A DNA stretch of 64,000 nucleotides from a virus (taxonomy: Duplodnaviria > Caudoviricetes): positions 40,772-104,771 of IMG/VR virus record IMGVR_UViG_3300024058_000001; one strand, given 5' to 3'. The position numbers were made by a program, and so were the translations under genes. Positions 44,867 through 55,150 of the stretch are shown here, piece by piece (positions within the stretch are counted from its first letter, which is position 1; every line of letters starts with the position of its first letter). The notes below the pieces were generated by a model. It was not told the DNA's origin, ran no database searches, and worked only from the letters and a program-made list of their open reading frames with translations.

Positions 44867-46741
44867 TTAAGGTCGTTCGCCGTAACGTACTAGTTTATCT
44901 CTATCTTTTTCAGAAGGGCCAGTACCAAAATTGCCTGTTCCTTTGAATGAAGCAAATCCAACACTAAATGTATTTTTGGAATGTTCTATACATAGTTTGG
45001 TACATCCCGCTGCTGCATCTGATACATCCTTAGAACCTTCTTTTCGACCTTCCATCATTGACCGTCTATATGATAAATCTGGATGATCTACTTTTCCATT
45101 GGACTTTCTGATTAATTCTTCACATTCCCTAATGAATATGGGGTGTTTATAGATATCAAAAAGTCCTTTGTATATCTGTTCTTTTAACGTATCATAAGCT
45201 TGGGTATTTCTATCTACAGACAATATTTCAGCGTTAATTCCCGCTTTCTTTAATATCTGTATACTATCAAGGCTTTGCCAGCCGTCAAAAGTAACCATCT
45301 TGATATTGAACCCGATGTGACTAAGACTTTGTAGAAATTCTCGAATTTCATCAAAAATAATTTCTTGTCCTGGTCTGGCTTTAATTTGTAGAATTAAATC
45401 TATAATGACAGAAGTCTGTTTCTGTCCTGTTAACCCTGATATTTGAAATCCTTCTGCTTTTGCTAAATCCTGAATATAAGATTCACTAAGTTTTACATTT
45501 TGATTGCGTAAAGCATGACCTAACGCAAGGCCACAATAATCTCCAGATTCTTTACCCTTTGCCAAATCAACATGAACAAAATATTGCTGTCCTCTTAAAG
45601 GACGAAAAAAATCTTTAAATCTTAAACCTAAAATATCATCAGTCGAAATATGATCCCCAATTACGGGATTCACTCTATTTGCATTGATGGATTCGGTAAT
45701 TCTTGATTTATATTTGAAATAACCGCCTTCAGCAGTAGTGCCTTCACACTCATAAATTCTTTGAGCATCTTCAGGATTCCGTATGTAATCATCTAAAAAA
45801 TCTTCTTTTGTACGTTTAGGATTCCATTCCCATGTAGCTGCTTTAACCCTATATGTTTTTTCTTCGTTCTCTGATTCAGCATATCGTATCATCATAAAAT
45901 CATTGTCGTCTCTTTTGTATGAAAACATCAACGTTTTACGTTTACCGCCAAATCTTGTTTTTTGAGTTGTTGTTAAAGCCTGATGAAGCTCAGACGCTTT
46001 TTTCGGTTCAAATCCGCCCACTTCGTCATAGGCCACTAATAAAAGATTTAATCCCTCACCTGTATACTCAACACTATCTAAGGAATACGCGGTGATGCCC
46101 TTTGGAAATATAATTTCTCTTTTCTGAATATCGTTCTTTAAACTAACTCCATGCTTTTCAAACCAATTATCCTTTGTGCCAGGAATTGTACAACATTTTA
46201 CCATACTGGCAAAATTCTTAAAAAACACATCTTTGGCCAATCTAGCATTAAGAGAAACATTTCCTATGTCTATCGCGGATTCGGGGCCTGTAAGATCCGT
46301 ATCGTTTAGCCCCAAAAATTTCTGAGGGTTCTTCATGCAAAGAAGCCAGTAACAACAATAGGTAAAAATCTTAGCAATTGTTCGATCCTTGCCTCCGCCC
46401 TTACCAATCAATGCAATTCCTTCACTATATTTCTCACTCCACTTAGTCGGGTCAGTTCCTAGCATTTTATCTACAAAATCTTGTTGTGCTGGATAACAAG
46501 CTTCATTCAAAAATGTTTCAAAGAACTCTCTAGAGCTAACAGGAAATTCTTCCCATATTAAATCTTTATTAGCTACTGAACCAATTCCTCCATGCGATCT
46601 ACAAAATCCTGTTCCTGCATGGTCTGTACGCCATCCAGCCGATCTTTTGCAATATTTGCCATTTTCAAGCTTGCCATTGCATCGACTTTCTACAGGGCCT
46701 GATACATTAGATTTTTGTGGAATATCCTTGTTTTCAGTCAT
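44867..46741 (-). CDS. terL: Terminase large subunit with an N-terminal Cys/His (CxxHGG) extension
   Basis: Walker A GKGGGKD, Walker B LVAYDEV, nuclease HVDLA and SKDVSDA. Confidence 0.9.
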   Translation of the reverse strand: MTENKDIPQKSNVSGPVESRCNGKLENGKYCKRSAGWRTDHAGTGFCRSHGGIGSVANKDLIWEEFPVSSREFFETFLNEACYPAQQDFVDKMLGTDPTKWSEKYSEGIALIGKGGGKDRTIAKIFTYCCYWLLCMKNPQKFLGLNDTDLTGPESAIDIGNVSLNARLAKDVFFKNFASMVKCCTIPGTKDNWFEKHGVSLKNDIQKREIIFPKGITAYSLDSVEYTGEGLNLLLVAYDEVGGFEPKKASELHQALTTTQKTRFGGKRKTLMFSYKRDDNDFMMIRYAESENEEKTYRVKAATWEWNPKRTKEDFLDDYIRNPEDAQRIYECEGTTAEGGYFKYKSRITESINANRVNPVIGDHISTDDILGLRFKDFFRPLRGQQYFVHVDLAKGKESGDYCGLALGHALRNQNVKLSESYIQDLAKAEGFQISGLTGQKQTSVIIDLILQIKARPGQEIIFDEIREFLQSLSHIGFNIKMVTFDGWQSLDSIQILKKAGINAEILSVDRNTQAYDTLKEQIYKGLFDIYKHPIFIRECEELIRKSNGKVDHPDLSYRRSMMEGRKEGSKDVSDAAAGCTKLCIEHSKNTFSVGFASFKGTGNFGTGPSEKDRDKLVRYGERP

Positions 46742-46754
46742 ATAAGCCTAGTTG

Positions 46755-46789
46755 TGTATCGTTTTGATACAATTTTGGGAATTATACCA
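46755..46789 (-). promoter_or_regulatory. Extended -10 promoter (TGGTATAAT) with a downstream inverted repeat TGTATC-N5-GATACA, upstream of terminase
   Basis: Read directly at 46781-46789 and 46755-46771; no consensus -35. Confidence 0.55.
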
Positions 46790-46850
46790 TGAAAAACAAT
46801 AGTGTCTCCCATACTATGTGCCAAAAACGGGCAAAATGACTACACTTTTG

Positions 46851-47240
46851 CTACTTTTTTTTAATTTTTTTGATTACAGACTCATTAAGGCTTATGCGCT
46901 TGTATAGGCTTCTTATCGCACGTTTTCGGAGGGTTAATACGGTTGTTCTAGCTATACCTAGCTTTTCACCTATCTCACCTTCGGTATGCTTAAAACCCCC
47001 GTCTAAGCCAAAATATAGCGTTAATACCTTCTGTTGTCTTAGGGTAAGCTCTTTTATAGCTTCTAACAAAAGGTCTATTCTAGCTTGTTGTGCATTATCA
47101 GGTTTTAGAACTTTATTCTTATTTAATGATATTTCTATCATTTTATCTATGATTGATTTTCCAGTTTTATTTAATGTTTTATAAGGCCGTCTTTCTAACT
47201 CCTGAAAATCTACTTTAATTAATCTCTTAAGTTTTCCCAT
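46851..47240 (-). CDS. Sigma-70 region-4 HTH protein (probable late regulator)
   Basis: LTLRQQKVLTLYFGLDG...TEGEIGEKLGIARTTV...RAIRSL. Confidence 0.8.
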   Translation of the reverse strand: MGKLKRLIKVDFQELERRPYKTLNKTGKSIIDKMIEISLNKNKVLKPDNAQQARIDLLLEAIKELTLRQQKVLTLYFGLDGGFKHTEGEIGEKLGIARTTVLTLRKRAIRSLYKRISLNESVIKKIKKK

Positions 47241-47805
47241 GCTCCTTTACCTTTTTACTTTCATTCCACGTGTCCTCGTCGTGAACTGCAATTTTGTTGA
47301 ACCCATCCATAATCCAAACCTGTTCAACAAGTTTGTAAATTTTTATAAAAATAAGTCTATTAATATTTGCTCGGAATCTTAGCGATAAAAGTAAATTAGA
47401 AACTTCTTTTAATGCAAGATGTTTTGTTACATGTGAATTGATTAAATTAATCATCTCATTGTTTAAAGAACTAGATGCCAATTCATCAACAAATAAACTA
47501 AAAAATTTAGATTTTATATCTACTGTTGTATAATTATCATTAGCTGTTCCTTTGTCTTCTAAATGATATCCAAATTTCAGCCACATGATAAACATATAAC
47601 ACGCGATCTTTAATAAATCTTTTTCTCGGTTAAGATTTTGGTATCTGTAAACATATTTGTTAATGGTTCCCAACAGCCAGTTAAACCCGTAATTATCTAC
47701 CAATTCATCGGTAACTTCTTTCTTATCATCTTTTGCATACTTCTTCCCACCATATAAAAATTGATCCTTCACAAGCTGTAAAAACGTATCTGATGATTCG
47801 GACAT
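47227..47805 (-). CDS. DUF3310-like protein
   Basis: GTINKYVYRY...EKDLLKIACY resembles the GNxxKYxxR...EDLxKA family motif. Confidence 0.55.
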   Translation of the reverse strand: MSESSDTFLQLVKDQFLYGGKKYAKDDKKEVTDELVDNYGFNWLLGTINKYVYRYQNLNREKDLLKIACYMFIMWLKFGYHLEDKGTANDNYTTVDIKSKFFSLFVDELASSSLNNEMINLINSHVTKHLALKEVSNLLLSLRFRANINRLIFIKIYKLVEQVWIMDGFNKIAVHDEDTWNESKKVKEHGKT

Positions 47806-47836
47806 AATTGTACGTCTCCTTTTATATATTTTATTG

Positions 47837-48160
47837 TTAAGTGTGTGATACTGTTGCTGAAATTATCTTTCTTAATCTATTAGCTGCCTCAGTTATATCA
47901 TAATCGCCTTGTTTAAAAAGTTGCAATACTTCGTATTCATCACACGGAACTTTCTCAACCCAGTTTGTATTATTTAGTATATTCTCAAGTTGCTCATTCT
48001 CAAATTTTTTAAATGTTCTAATTCCATTGTGTGAAATACCACCTTGGACATAGTGAGTTTCGCCTTGGTCAACACCAAAGCCACCACCTGCCCATGAGCC
48101 AAGACCAAATACTTCTCCCGCTTTAATAAACGGTAAATCATGCAACATTTTGTACCTCAT
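47837..48160 (-). CDS. Hypothetical protein
   Basis: YKMLHDLPFIKAGEVF N-terminus; GGAG SD. Confidence 0.55.
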   Translation of the reverse strand: MRYKMLHDLPFIKAGEVFGLGSWAGGGFGVDQGETHYVQGGISHNGIRTFKKFENEQLENILNNTNWVEKVPCDEYEVLQLFKQGDYDITEAANRLRKIISATVSHT

Positions 48161-48182
48161 AACTTCTCCTTAGTTTATATTT

Positions 48183-49499
48183 TTATTCAAAGACGGATGG
48201 ATGATGATAATCTTCGTCATCATCTTTTGGTGCTCCAAATCCAACTGGCTTAATATCTTTATCTTTTACTTTGTCAAAATTTGCGTCAAACTGCTCATTT
48301 GTTAAAAGTACTTTACTACCCGATTTGGAATCCGAATCAATAGCTTCAATAAGGGCAGCAGTAACTAATTCTCGCATATGAGCACCTGTATAACCTTGGC
48401 TATATTTAGCAATCTTATCAAAATCTACATTCTTTACATCAAAATCTTTTGTGTAAAGTTCCAATAATTTTTTCCTTTCTTTAGCATTAGGTTTAGGTAT
48501 TTCTATAACCCTGTCAAATCTACCTGGTCTATTTCTTATAGCTGATTCGATATGTTTTACATTGTTTGTTGTTGCAATAACAACTACGTATTCATTTTCA
48601 ATAAGTCCATCTAATTGATTCATTAATTCCCCTAATATACCTCGATTATCCGACTCATTTCTGCTACCTCCGTATAAATCAATATCTTCTAAAAATAGAA
48701 TAGTCGGTGATAGGGAACGGGCTAACGTACAAACTTGGGCCACATGATCAGACCTAGTTAAAAATCTAGGAGTAACCCATATAAAAGAACATTTTGCCGT
48801 ATGACATAAGATTTTTCCAATCATTGTTTTTCCAGTGCCAGGAACACCTTGTAAAATGATTCCTCTTTTAAACTTGACTCCCGCATCTTTATATTTATTA
48901 ATATTATTAAATAGATTGTCTACGTTAGTTTTAATTTCCTTAATAAGTTTATTAGGTAAAACAATATCATCCCAAGAATATACGGTTTTTAAATCCATAT
49001 GAGATAAATCTGGACTAATTTTTGCATTCTTTAAATAGTTATTATCTTCTGCATATTTTTCTAAATTGTTTAAAAATGACAATGTTTTTCCTTCATCTTT
49101 AGGAGCATAAAATAAATTCATTCCCCATTTGTCATGGCCATATAGTCCATCAAATTCTAAAACAAATTTATAATCCTCATGAGTTATAAACATATATCCT
49201 TCTGTGATACAGCGTTTAAATTTTCCTGGGCTTATTTCTATATCCTGCTTCTTTAAAGCATAATAATCATTCTCGACAATACCTATGCATTTTTCTATTT
49301 TATAATTATGCTTATTTAAAAAATCCTCAAATATTATAGCGATAAGATTTTTGTGATATGTAGATTCATAGGTTTTGCTACTAGATAGTATATCCTTAGA
49401 GGAAATACCAAGAAAATCACTGATTAAAGAAATTTGAAGGGAATTATGCCATCGTGCTTTACGATGTATATTTATCCAATCATCTTTAGTAAAATTCAT
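48183..49499 (-). CDS. AAA+ ATPase
   Basis: GVPGTGKT, LFLEDID, ATTN and NRPGRFD motifs. Confidence 0.92.
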   Translation of the reverse strand: MNFTKDDWINIHRKARWHNSLQISLISDFLGISSKDILSSSKTYESTYHKNLIAIIFEDFLNKHNYKIEKCIGIVENDYYALKKQDIEISPGKFKRCITEGYMFITHEDYKFVLEFDGLYGHDKWGMNLFYAPKDEGKTLSFLNNLEKYAEDNNYLKNAKISPDLSHMDLKTVYSWDDIVLPNKLIKEIKTNVDNLFNNINKYKDAGVKFKRGIILQGVPGTGKTMIGKILCHTAKCSFIWVTPRFLTRSDHVAQVCTLARSLSPTILFLEDIDLYGGSRNESDNRGILGELMNQLDGLIENEYVVVIATTNNVKHIESAIRNRPGRFDRVIEIPKPNAKERKKLLELYTKDFDVKNVDFDKIAKYSQGYTGAHMRELVTAALIEAIDSDSKSGSKVLLTNEQFDANFDKVKDKDIKPVGFGAPKDDDEDYHHPSVFE

Positions 49500-49500
49500 A

Positions 49501-49755
49501 TTACTTGACCTTTCGTTTACGTTTAGAAGGATTCAGCCATCCTTTTAGACATCTGTTTAAAGTATTTATAAATTTCCCGTTCCATTCTATTAAATCATCT
49601 ATAAAGTCCAATTTAAATCCAATTTCATACATTAATATAACTAATATACCTATTTCTAAAATGTAATAGTCGAACATGAACGTCATTAAAGAAAATAAAC
49701 CAATTATAGTTGCAAAATGTATTAAAGATGCTATAGCTTTAGATTTGAAAGTCAT
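49501..49755 (-). CDS. Small membrane protein
   Basis: Two hydrophobic segments. Confidence 0.55.
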   Translation of the reverse strand: MTFKSKAIASLIHFATIIGLFSLMTFMFDYYILEIGILVILMYEIGFKLDFIDDLIEWNGKFINTLNRCLKGWLNPSKRKRKVK

Positions 49756-49922
49756 TTCGGTTCCATCATCTTCTTTCTACGGACAACAATAACCTTATCA
49801 CCTTTGATTAGATTAAACGCTTTACCATCCTTAGTAAGTATTCGCCCAATAAATTTTGTTCCATCGATTACTTCAAGAGTTTTTACCGTATGCGCTCTTT
49901 TATTTATGCTCTGTTTTATCAT
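49752..49922 (-). CDS. Hypothetical protein (56 aa, not in the ORF track)
   Basis: MIKQSINKRAH...MMEPK; fills the gap and overlaps the next gene via ATGA. Confidence 0.45.
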   Translation of the reverse strand: MIKQSINKRAHTVKTLEVIDGTKFIGRILTKDGKAFNLIKGDKVIVVRRKKMMEPK

Positions 49923-50589
49923 TAGATGATACTTCTTTCTTGGTATCTTTGGCAGAATGTTTCTTTGCAGATTCTGTCATCTCTTTTTTTACTTTTTCTT
50001 CTATTTCCTTCTTAGTTTTTTCTTCTTCCTTCTTAGTTTTTTCTTCTTCCTTCTTTAAAAATTCGGCGTATTCTTTGGCATAACTGCTGTATTCTTTGGA
50101 AATAAAATCCATTAGTTGCTTGTAGTTAGGGAAAATCTTTCCTCCACAATTAAAATTTTGTCTAAGTCTTGCCAATACCCAATCATTAAATTCCACAATA
50201 GGAGCATAACTAACAGTATAAATAGGTATATTCTTATGATGGGCTTCTACAATTTCTTCTATAGTTCCACCGATTGGAATTTTAGGATCATAAGAAACAA
50301 TAATAAATTTGGAATTATTCACACAAGTTATATCAGCTTGTTGAATATCTCCCATTACTTGATCCCATAACTCCCATGCTCCCCCGCGCTTAAGGTTATA
50401 AAGTTTTGTTTTTTGATCCTCAATGTTATCTGCTAGACTATTGTTACATTCCGCTGTAGTAGGATCTTGTACATGAAATTGTAATTCTACTAACTTTGAA
50501 GTTAAATCTTCACGCCATTTTACTCCGCTATCCTTAGCAGCTTGTATTGAACCAACTAAATAACATTTTAGTTTATTCATGGTTAACAA
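49900..50589 (-). CDS. Nucleoside 2-deoxyribosyltransferase-like protein with a KE-rich tail
   Basis: YLVGSI...WRE...DP...D...GTIEE pattern; KKEEEKT 21-bp tandem repeat near 50005-50055. Confidence 0.7.
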   Translation of the reverse strand: MLTMNKLKCYLVGSIQAAKDSGVKWREDLTSKLVELQFHVQDPTTAECNNSLADNIEDQKTKLYNLKRGGAWELWDQVMGDIQQADITCVNNSKFIIVSYDPKIPIGGTIEEIVEAHHKNIPIYTVSYAPIVEFNDWVLARLRQNFNCGGKIFPNYKQLMDFISKEYSSYAKEYAEFLKKEEEKTKKEEEKTKKEIEEKVKKEMTESAKKHSAKDTKKEVSSNDKTEHK

Positions 50590-50786
50590 TGCCTCCCATT
50601 ACCAGGATTTTTTTAATATATCTACTACATCCCATACATTTTTTTCTAAATTTTTTAATCTTCGTCTAGTATTAGACCCTTCAACAACCACAACAATAAG
50701 ACAAATAAAAAGTATACATTCGGTTAATGTCAATATCATTGTTTTTAAGCTCTATATGCCCTTTCTTTTAGAAACTTTCTCCCATT

Positions 50787-51053
50787 TCATTCAACAAACT
50801 CTGTTCCAGTCCACACCTTAACCTCAACATGTGTAATTCCCAAATACCTAGCCACTGACAGCCTATGATTACCGTCAATAATAAACCAATTTACATGAAT
50901 CGTAAGTGGTTCCAATATCCCCTGCTTCTTTATGCTTTCAAAAAGCTCATCGAATATTTTGTCTCCCGCCAATACGCCTGGATTTGGGGGGTATTCACAC
51001 TTAATCAATTTTACAGGAACTTTCATTTTTACCGTCCTTCGTTTTTCTATCAA
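50787..51053 (-). CDS. Stand-alone ParB/Srx-like domain protein
   Basis: SIKKQGILEPL...IIDGNHRL. Confidence 0.8.
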   Translation of the reverse strand: MIEKRRTVKMKVPVKLIKCEYPPNPGVLAGDKIFDELFESIKKQGILEPLTIHVNWFIIDGNHRLSVARYLGITHVEVKVWTGTEFVE

Positions 51054-52031
51054 TTAAGAAACATACGTCTTCCCAAACGGTATAATTAATTTTCCTCTGA
51101 TAATTCGGTGTATTGAAGGAAAGAAATTACCGCTTTCATCAAAATCCACAGTTGCGAATGCATGGTCATGAGAATTTGGTTTTCCACGTTGCCACTCTGG
51201 ATTAACATCTGCTAGACACCCAATAGAAGCTGCATATACAGGCAATTCTCTAACAGGTGACGGGTGCGTATAAATTTGAACTTGATGAGTATGGCCATAC
51301 ATTACATTCTTTCCATATTTTACTGCGTGTTGCTTTGCATGTGCATCATTGTAAAATGATCCATGAGTAAAATATAAATGGCCTAATGCAATATTATCGT
51401 TATATTGTAAAACTTTCCAACCACTTTTTGTAAGACCTAATCGACTATCAATGTCTATATGTTTCTTCCAGTAATCTCCATCCTTTTTCTCCATCAGTTT
51501 ATTCGCTCTATCTTCATGGTTTCCTTTTAGAAAAACTTTAACGCAATTTGAAGGTAACACTTTTTCAATTTCAGCTAAAATCTTTGAAGCTTCTAAAAAC
51601 TCTAAATCTAATTCCTTTAATTCATCCGTAGAAATATCGGGACGTTTTTGTTTGTCTTTTCCTAAAAGAGGATGATAATCCATAAAATCTCCGATAACAA
51701 TACAATGTGTTGGTTTATAATCTTTACATACTTGAAGTGCAATATTAACTGCGGATTTACTATGATATGGAATTTGAAAATCAGAGAACACAAAGCATCG
51801 CTTTAAAGGTTGTGGCTTGGTGCTTCTAAGTACCTTGCGCTTGGGCAGAGTAACAATAGACTCGTACTCCGTTAGCATCTTTTTCTTTTCAAACTGAGTA
51901 TCAATATCATACTGCCTACACCATCTTCGTATAGTCTTTTCGTCTATACTAAGAATCTCAGCTACTCGCTGTTTTGTATAGTCATGCTTTTTCAATAAAT
52001 CCAGTAAACGTTTTTTAGTTGGTTTTTTCAC
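51054..52031 (-). CDS. HTH plus calcineurin-like metallophosphoesterase
   Basis: N-terminal HTH; SDFQ, GDFMD, GNHE, THG and GHTH motifs. Confidence 0.85.
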   Translation of the reverse strand: MKKPTKKRLLDLLKKHDYTKQRVAEILSIDEKTIRRWCRQYDIDTQFEKKKMLTEYESIVTLPKRKVLRSTKPQPLKRCFVFSDFQIPYHSKSAVNIALQVCKDYKPTHCIVIGDFMDYHPLLGKDKQKRPDISTDELKELDLEFLEASKILAEIEKVLPSNCVKVFLKGNHEDRANKLMEKKDGDYWKKHIDIDSRLGLTKSGWKVLQYNDNIALGHLYFTHGSFYNDAHAKQHAVKYGKNVMYGHTHQVQIYTHPSPVRELPVYAASIGCLADVNPEWQRGKPNSHDHAFATVDFDESGNFFPSIHRIIRGKLIIPFGKTYVS

Positions 52032-52073
52032 TACTAAACCTCCTGTATTTAAGTATCTTCTGCCTATGTTCTA

Positions 52074-52102
52074 ATTGTACCACATAAGACTACATTTGTC
52101 AA
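52074..52102 (-). promoter_or_regulatory. Sigma-70 promoter TTGACA-N17-TACAAT with extended TG
   Basis: TTGACAAATGTAGTCTTATGTGGTACAAT. Confidence 0.8.
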
Positions 52103-53790
52103 GTTTTTACTACAGATATCTCATCGTCCTTAGTTAACTCTATACAATGGTTTAGATACTGCTTAGCTTCTGTATGGGTTATAAGCACTATCCGTTTAAA
52201 CCGTGAAGTAAGCAATTCTAAAGTCTTTATAAAGTTATGTTGCTTTGCTTCATCTAAACTTCCTAATCCTTCGTCTATTATTAAAGTTTCTACTTTAAAA
52301 TTATTACGTCTAGATAGTAATTCCGACAATCCTAGTCTAATAGCTAAATCGATAATCATACGTTCTCCACCACTATAGTTAAAATATGATCTAACTTCCA
52401 ATCCATCTTGTATCGTTATTTTAAACGTATCAACCAAATCTCCATTAACTGATTCCCGCTGAGTAACAAATTTGATAGAAATGGGTAAATCAGATAATAA
52501 TTTTAGATTTTCATTTACTAAAAGGTCTAATTCATTAATCAAATTGTCAATAATTAACAAAGGTATACCTTTATGACTAAAAGCTTGAGATAAACTAGAA
52601 TATATTTCTTGTTCTTTAATTAATTGATTAATAATAACTCGGTGATCACTTAGTTTAGAAATTATATCTTTTAATTCCTTAGCGGGATTCTTTAAACTTT
52701 CTAGTTCACCTTCTAACTTGGATGCTTCGCCATGTAACCCAGTAATTTTATTCTTGTGAGATTTAATAACAAAATTCATTGTTATTAGCTTTTTGTTTGT
52801 ATCCTTAAACTTTACGATTATTATTTTTTTAGAATCATCAATATGCATCTTTTTATCTAGTATATCTTGATATTCTTTTCTCAGGTTCTCTTTAATAATG
52901 TCCTTATTTGATTTATCTATATTAGAATAACAAATTGGGCATTTTTCATTAAGTAAGTCTAATGCTGCAGCTTGGCTAGATAATCTACTAATATTTTGGT
53001 CAATGTTTCTAAGTTCCATATCTAGTTCTTTAATACGCAATACATAAGAATTATATTCTTCTTGAATACTGCTACACTTGGATTCCATCTTTTTATAATC
53101 TTTTTTAGTATTTTCATAATCTTTTAAAATTTTACTTAATTCTGTTTGTTTAGATTTTTGTATAGACTTAACATCTGAAATCTGATGAAGGCGTTCTTCC
53201 AGATAACCACAGGCTATATCTAATTTATCTTTCTGAGTATTACTTTGCATAAATTTATCTATGCATTCCTTTTTATATTTGTCATACATATTTAATTGCA
53301 AAATATCTAGCATAACTTGAGCAGCTTCTTTTGGAGAAAGCTTAGAAAAACTGTCTGCTTCTCCTTGCTCTATACAACAACTATTTCTAAAGGTATCATA
53401 ATTCATACCTAATACTTTATTAATTTCTTCTTGTGTATTCTTTAATACGGGCCTAGATAATTCCTTAGTAACCATACCACTAGAATTAAGAATATGAAAA
53501 GAAAGCTCTGTCTTTTTTCCAAGAGTTCTTTTCCTTAAAACCTTAAAGATTTTTCCATTTACATCAAATTTTATCACAGCCGTACAACTACTTTCTCCGT
53601 AATGTATCAAATCGTCACCTGCACCTCCAATCCTTGATTTACCCCACAAAGCCCATGTAACGGATTCCTTTACTAAAGCCGACTTACCACTTCCGTTTAA
53701 TCCAACTAATCCAATTAATCCTTCAGGAAAGTCTACATGAGTAAGCTTGTGAGATAAAAAATTATTTAACGATACACTTAATAAATTCAT
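52099..53790 (-). CDS. SbcC/Rad50/gp46-like SMC ATPase
   Basis: GLNGSGKS, Q-loop IEQG, Zn-hook CPIC, YSGGE, LIIDEG and ITH motifs. Confidence 0.92.
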   Translation of the reverse strand: MNLLSVSLNNFLSHKLTHVDFPEGLIGLVGLNGSGKSALVKESVTWALWGKSRIGGAGDDLIHYGESSCTAVIKFDVNGKIFKVLRKRTLGKKTELSFHILNSSGMVTKELSRPVLKNTQEEINKVLGMNYDTFRNSCCIEQGEADSFSKLSPKEAAQVMLDILQLNMYDKYKKECIDKFMQSNTQKDKLDIACGYLEERLHQISDVKSIQKSKQTELSKILKDYENTKKDYKKMESKCSSIQEEYNSYVLRIKELDMELRNIDQNISRLSSQAAALDLLNEKCPICYSNIDKSNKDIIKENLRKEYQDILDKKMHIDDSKKIIIVKFKDTNKKLITMNFVIKSHKNKITGLHGEASKLEGELESLKNPAKELKDIISKLSDHRVIINQLIKEQEIYSSLSQAFSHKGIPLLIIDNLINELDLLVNENLKLLSDLPISIKFVTQRESVNGDLVDTFKITIQDGLEVRSYFNYSGGERMIIDLAIRLGLSELLSRRNNFKVETLIIDEGLGSLDEAKQHNFIKTLELLTSRFKRIVLITHTEAKQYLNHCIELTKDDEISVVKT

Positions 53791-54119
53791 TGTTTGTTTT
53801 CTTTATCTTTTTTATTAACCAAATCAGCGACCATATTAGCTAAACTTTCTTTAGATACAACTTCACCCTTTGCAGCCTTAAACACTGCATCTGCATCTTC
53901 AGGATTAGTAATAGGTTCTCCAAAGGCAACTTTAACTCCCTTCTTGTCCAATCTAGCAGTTACACTACGAATTTCATTAAGAAGATTTTTTACAAAAGCT
54001 GCCATAACATCATCGTATTTCTTGGCATCATCCACCATTGCAGTAATTTTTAAAGGAATAATCCACGTCTTTTCTTCAGTCCAATTACGTTTATCGTCTA
54101 ACGGATTTACATCGCTCAT
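53787..54119 (-). CDS. Hypothetical protein
   Basis: GAGG SD; coupled to the SMC gene. Confidence 0.55.
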   Translation of the reverse strand: MSDVNPLDDKRNWTEEKTWIIPLKITAMVDDAKKYDDVMAAFVKNLLNEIRSVTARLDKKGVKVAFGEPITNPEDADAVFKAAKGEVVSKESLANMVADLVNKKDKENKQ

Positions 54120-54146
54120 AATTTTTTCCTCTCTTTTGGTTTATTT

Positions 54147-54320
54147 TTATTTATTTTGTCGTTCTACGTTATCCATGTAATAGGTTACTAAAAAACTAAG
54201 AACAGGTACATATACAAAGATCCATTCTAGAATTTCAGTTTTTGCAGCTAAATACCCAGGTAAAACTAGTATTACAAAAACACACATAAATAGAAGTATT
54301 CTTGTCAATGTATTATTCAT
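54147..54320 (-). CDS. Small two-TM membrane protein (57 aa, not in the ORF track)
   Basis: MNNTLTRILLFMCVFVILVLPGYLAAKTEILEWIFVYVPVLSFLVTYY... Confidence 0.5.
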   Translation of the reverse strand: MNNTLTRILLFMCVFVILVLPGYLAAKTEILEWIFVYVPVLSFLVTYYMDNVERQNK

Positions 54321-54433
54321 CTTCTGTTTTCTCTCTAATCCAATCTTTTTTCTTGTTTATTTGATTTTTCTTTTTATTAGGTTTAACTCTAGTTCTTGGA
54401 TTTATTTTCCATGTATGCCTGGGCTTAGGTTTT

Positions 54434-55150
54434 TTATTGTTTGTTGGCATGCTCTATACCTTGTAAAATAATCTTAAAAACTCCAGGATTAAAATAATCG
54501 TTATGATCATAATCTGTGCTATGACTGTTATGGATTTCTAAACCTGAAAATGGCATAATCCTTGGAGTTATTCTATCTGTCTCGTCGTCTGTTAAAAATC
54601 CCCAATATCCTAAATGCCCAAACGGTGGGGGAGACATCCGTACTACTGTATCACCATGACTAGAAAAATTAAAACAAGCCTTAATTTGTTTATTTTTTAG
54701 TAGATTGTCTATCTTACTTTTTTTAATATGGGCTGAAACCACTGAACCAATTAAAGTAATAGATTGAACACGTAACGCACGATTTCTACGCAACATTTTA
54801 ATTGTAACCCAGGTACCATAAGAATGACCAACAATATGTATACGGGCACCAGGATTTGCCTTTTTTAACTTTAATAGATACTTCTCAAACTTACTAATTG
54901 CCCAATTATCAGGTAGATGGTCTAATTTTAGTTTTTCAAGCAAAGGAACAAGCCATCTTCGTATCCATGATTTAACTGGCGTTAGATATCCAAAACTAAA
55001 CAAACGATATTCCATTATTTTTTCATCGAATTCATCTAGATAATGCTCCTTTATCCAGTTGCCAAATACATGTTGCCAAACGTCTGTATTCTTAGCATCA
55101 GTTAATATTCCATGTATACTTACAATAATAGTTTTCTTAACCATTGCCAT
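54434..55150 (-). CDS. Alpha/beta hydrolase
   Basis: IHGI oxyanion motif, GHSYG nucleophile elbow, DTVV and HNDYF. Confidence 0.8.
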   Translation of the reverse strand: MAMVKKTIIVSIHGILTDAKNTDVWQHVFGNWIKEHYLDEFDEKIMEYRLFSFGYLTPVKSWIRRWLVPLLEKLKLDHLPDNWAISKFEKYLLKLKKANPGARIHIVGHSYGTWVTIKMLRRNRALRVQSITLIGSVVSAHIKKSKIDNLLKNKQIKACFNFSSHGDTVVRMSPPPFGHLGYWGFLTDDETDRITPRIMPFSGLEIHNSHSTDYDHNDYFNPGVFKIILQGIEHANKQ

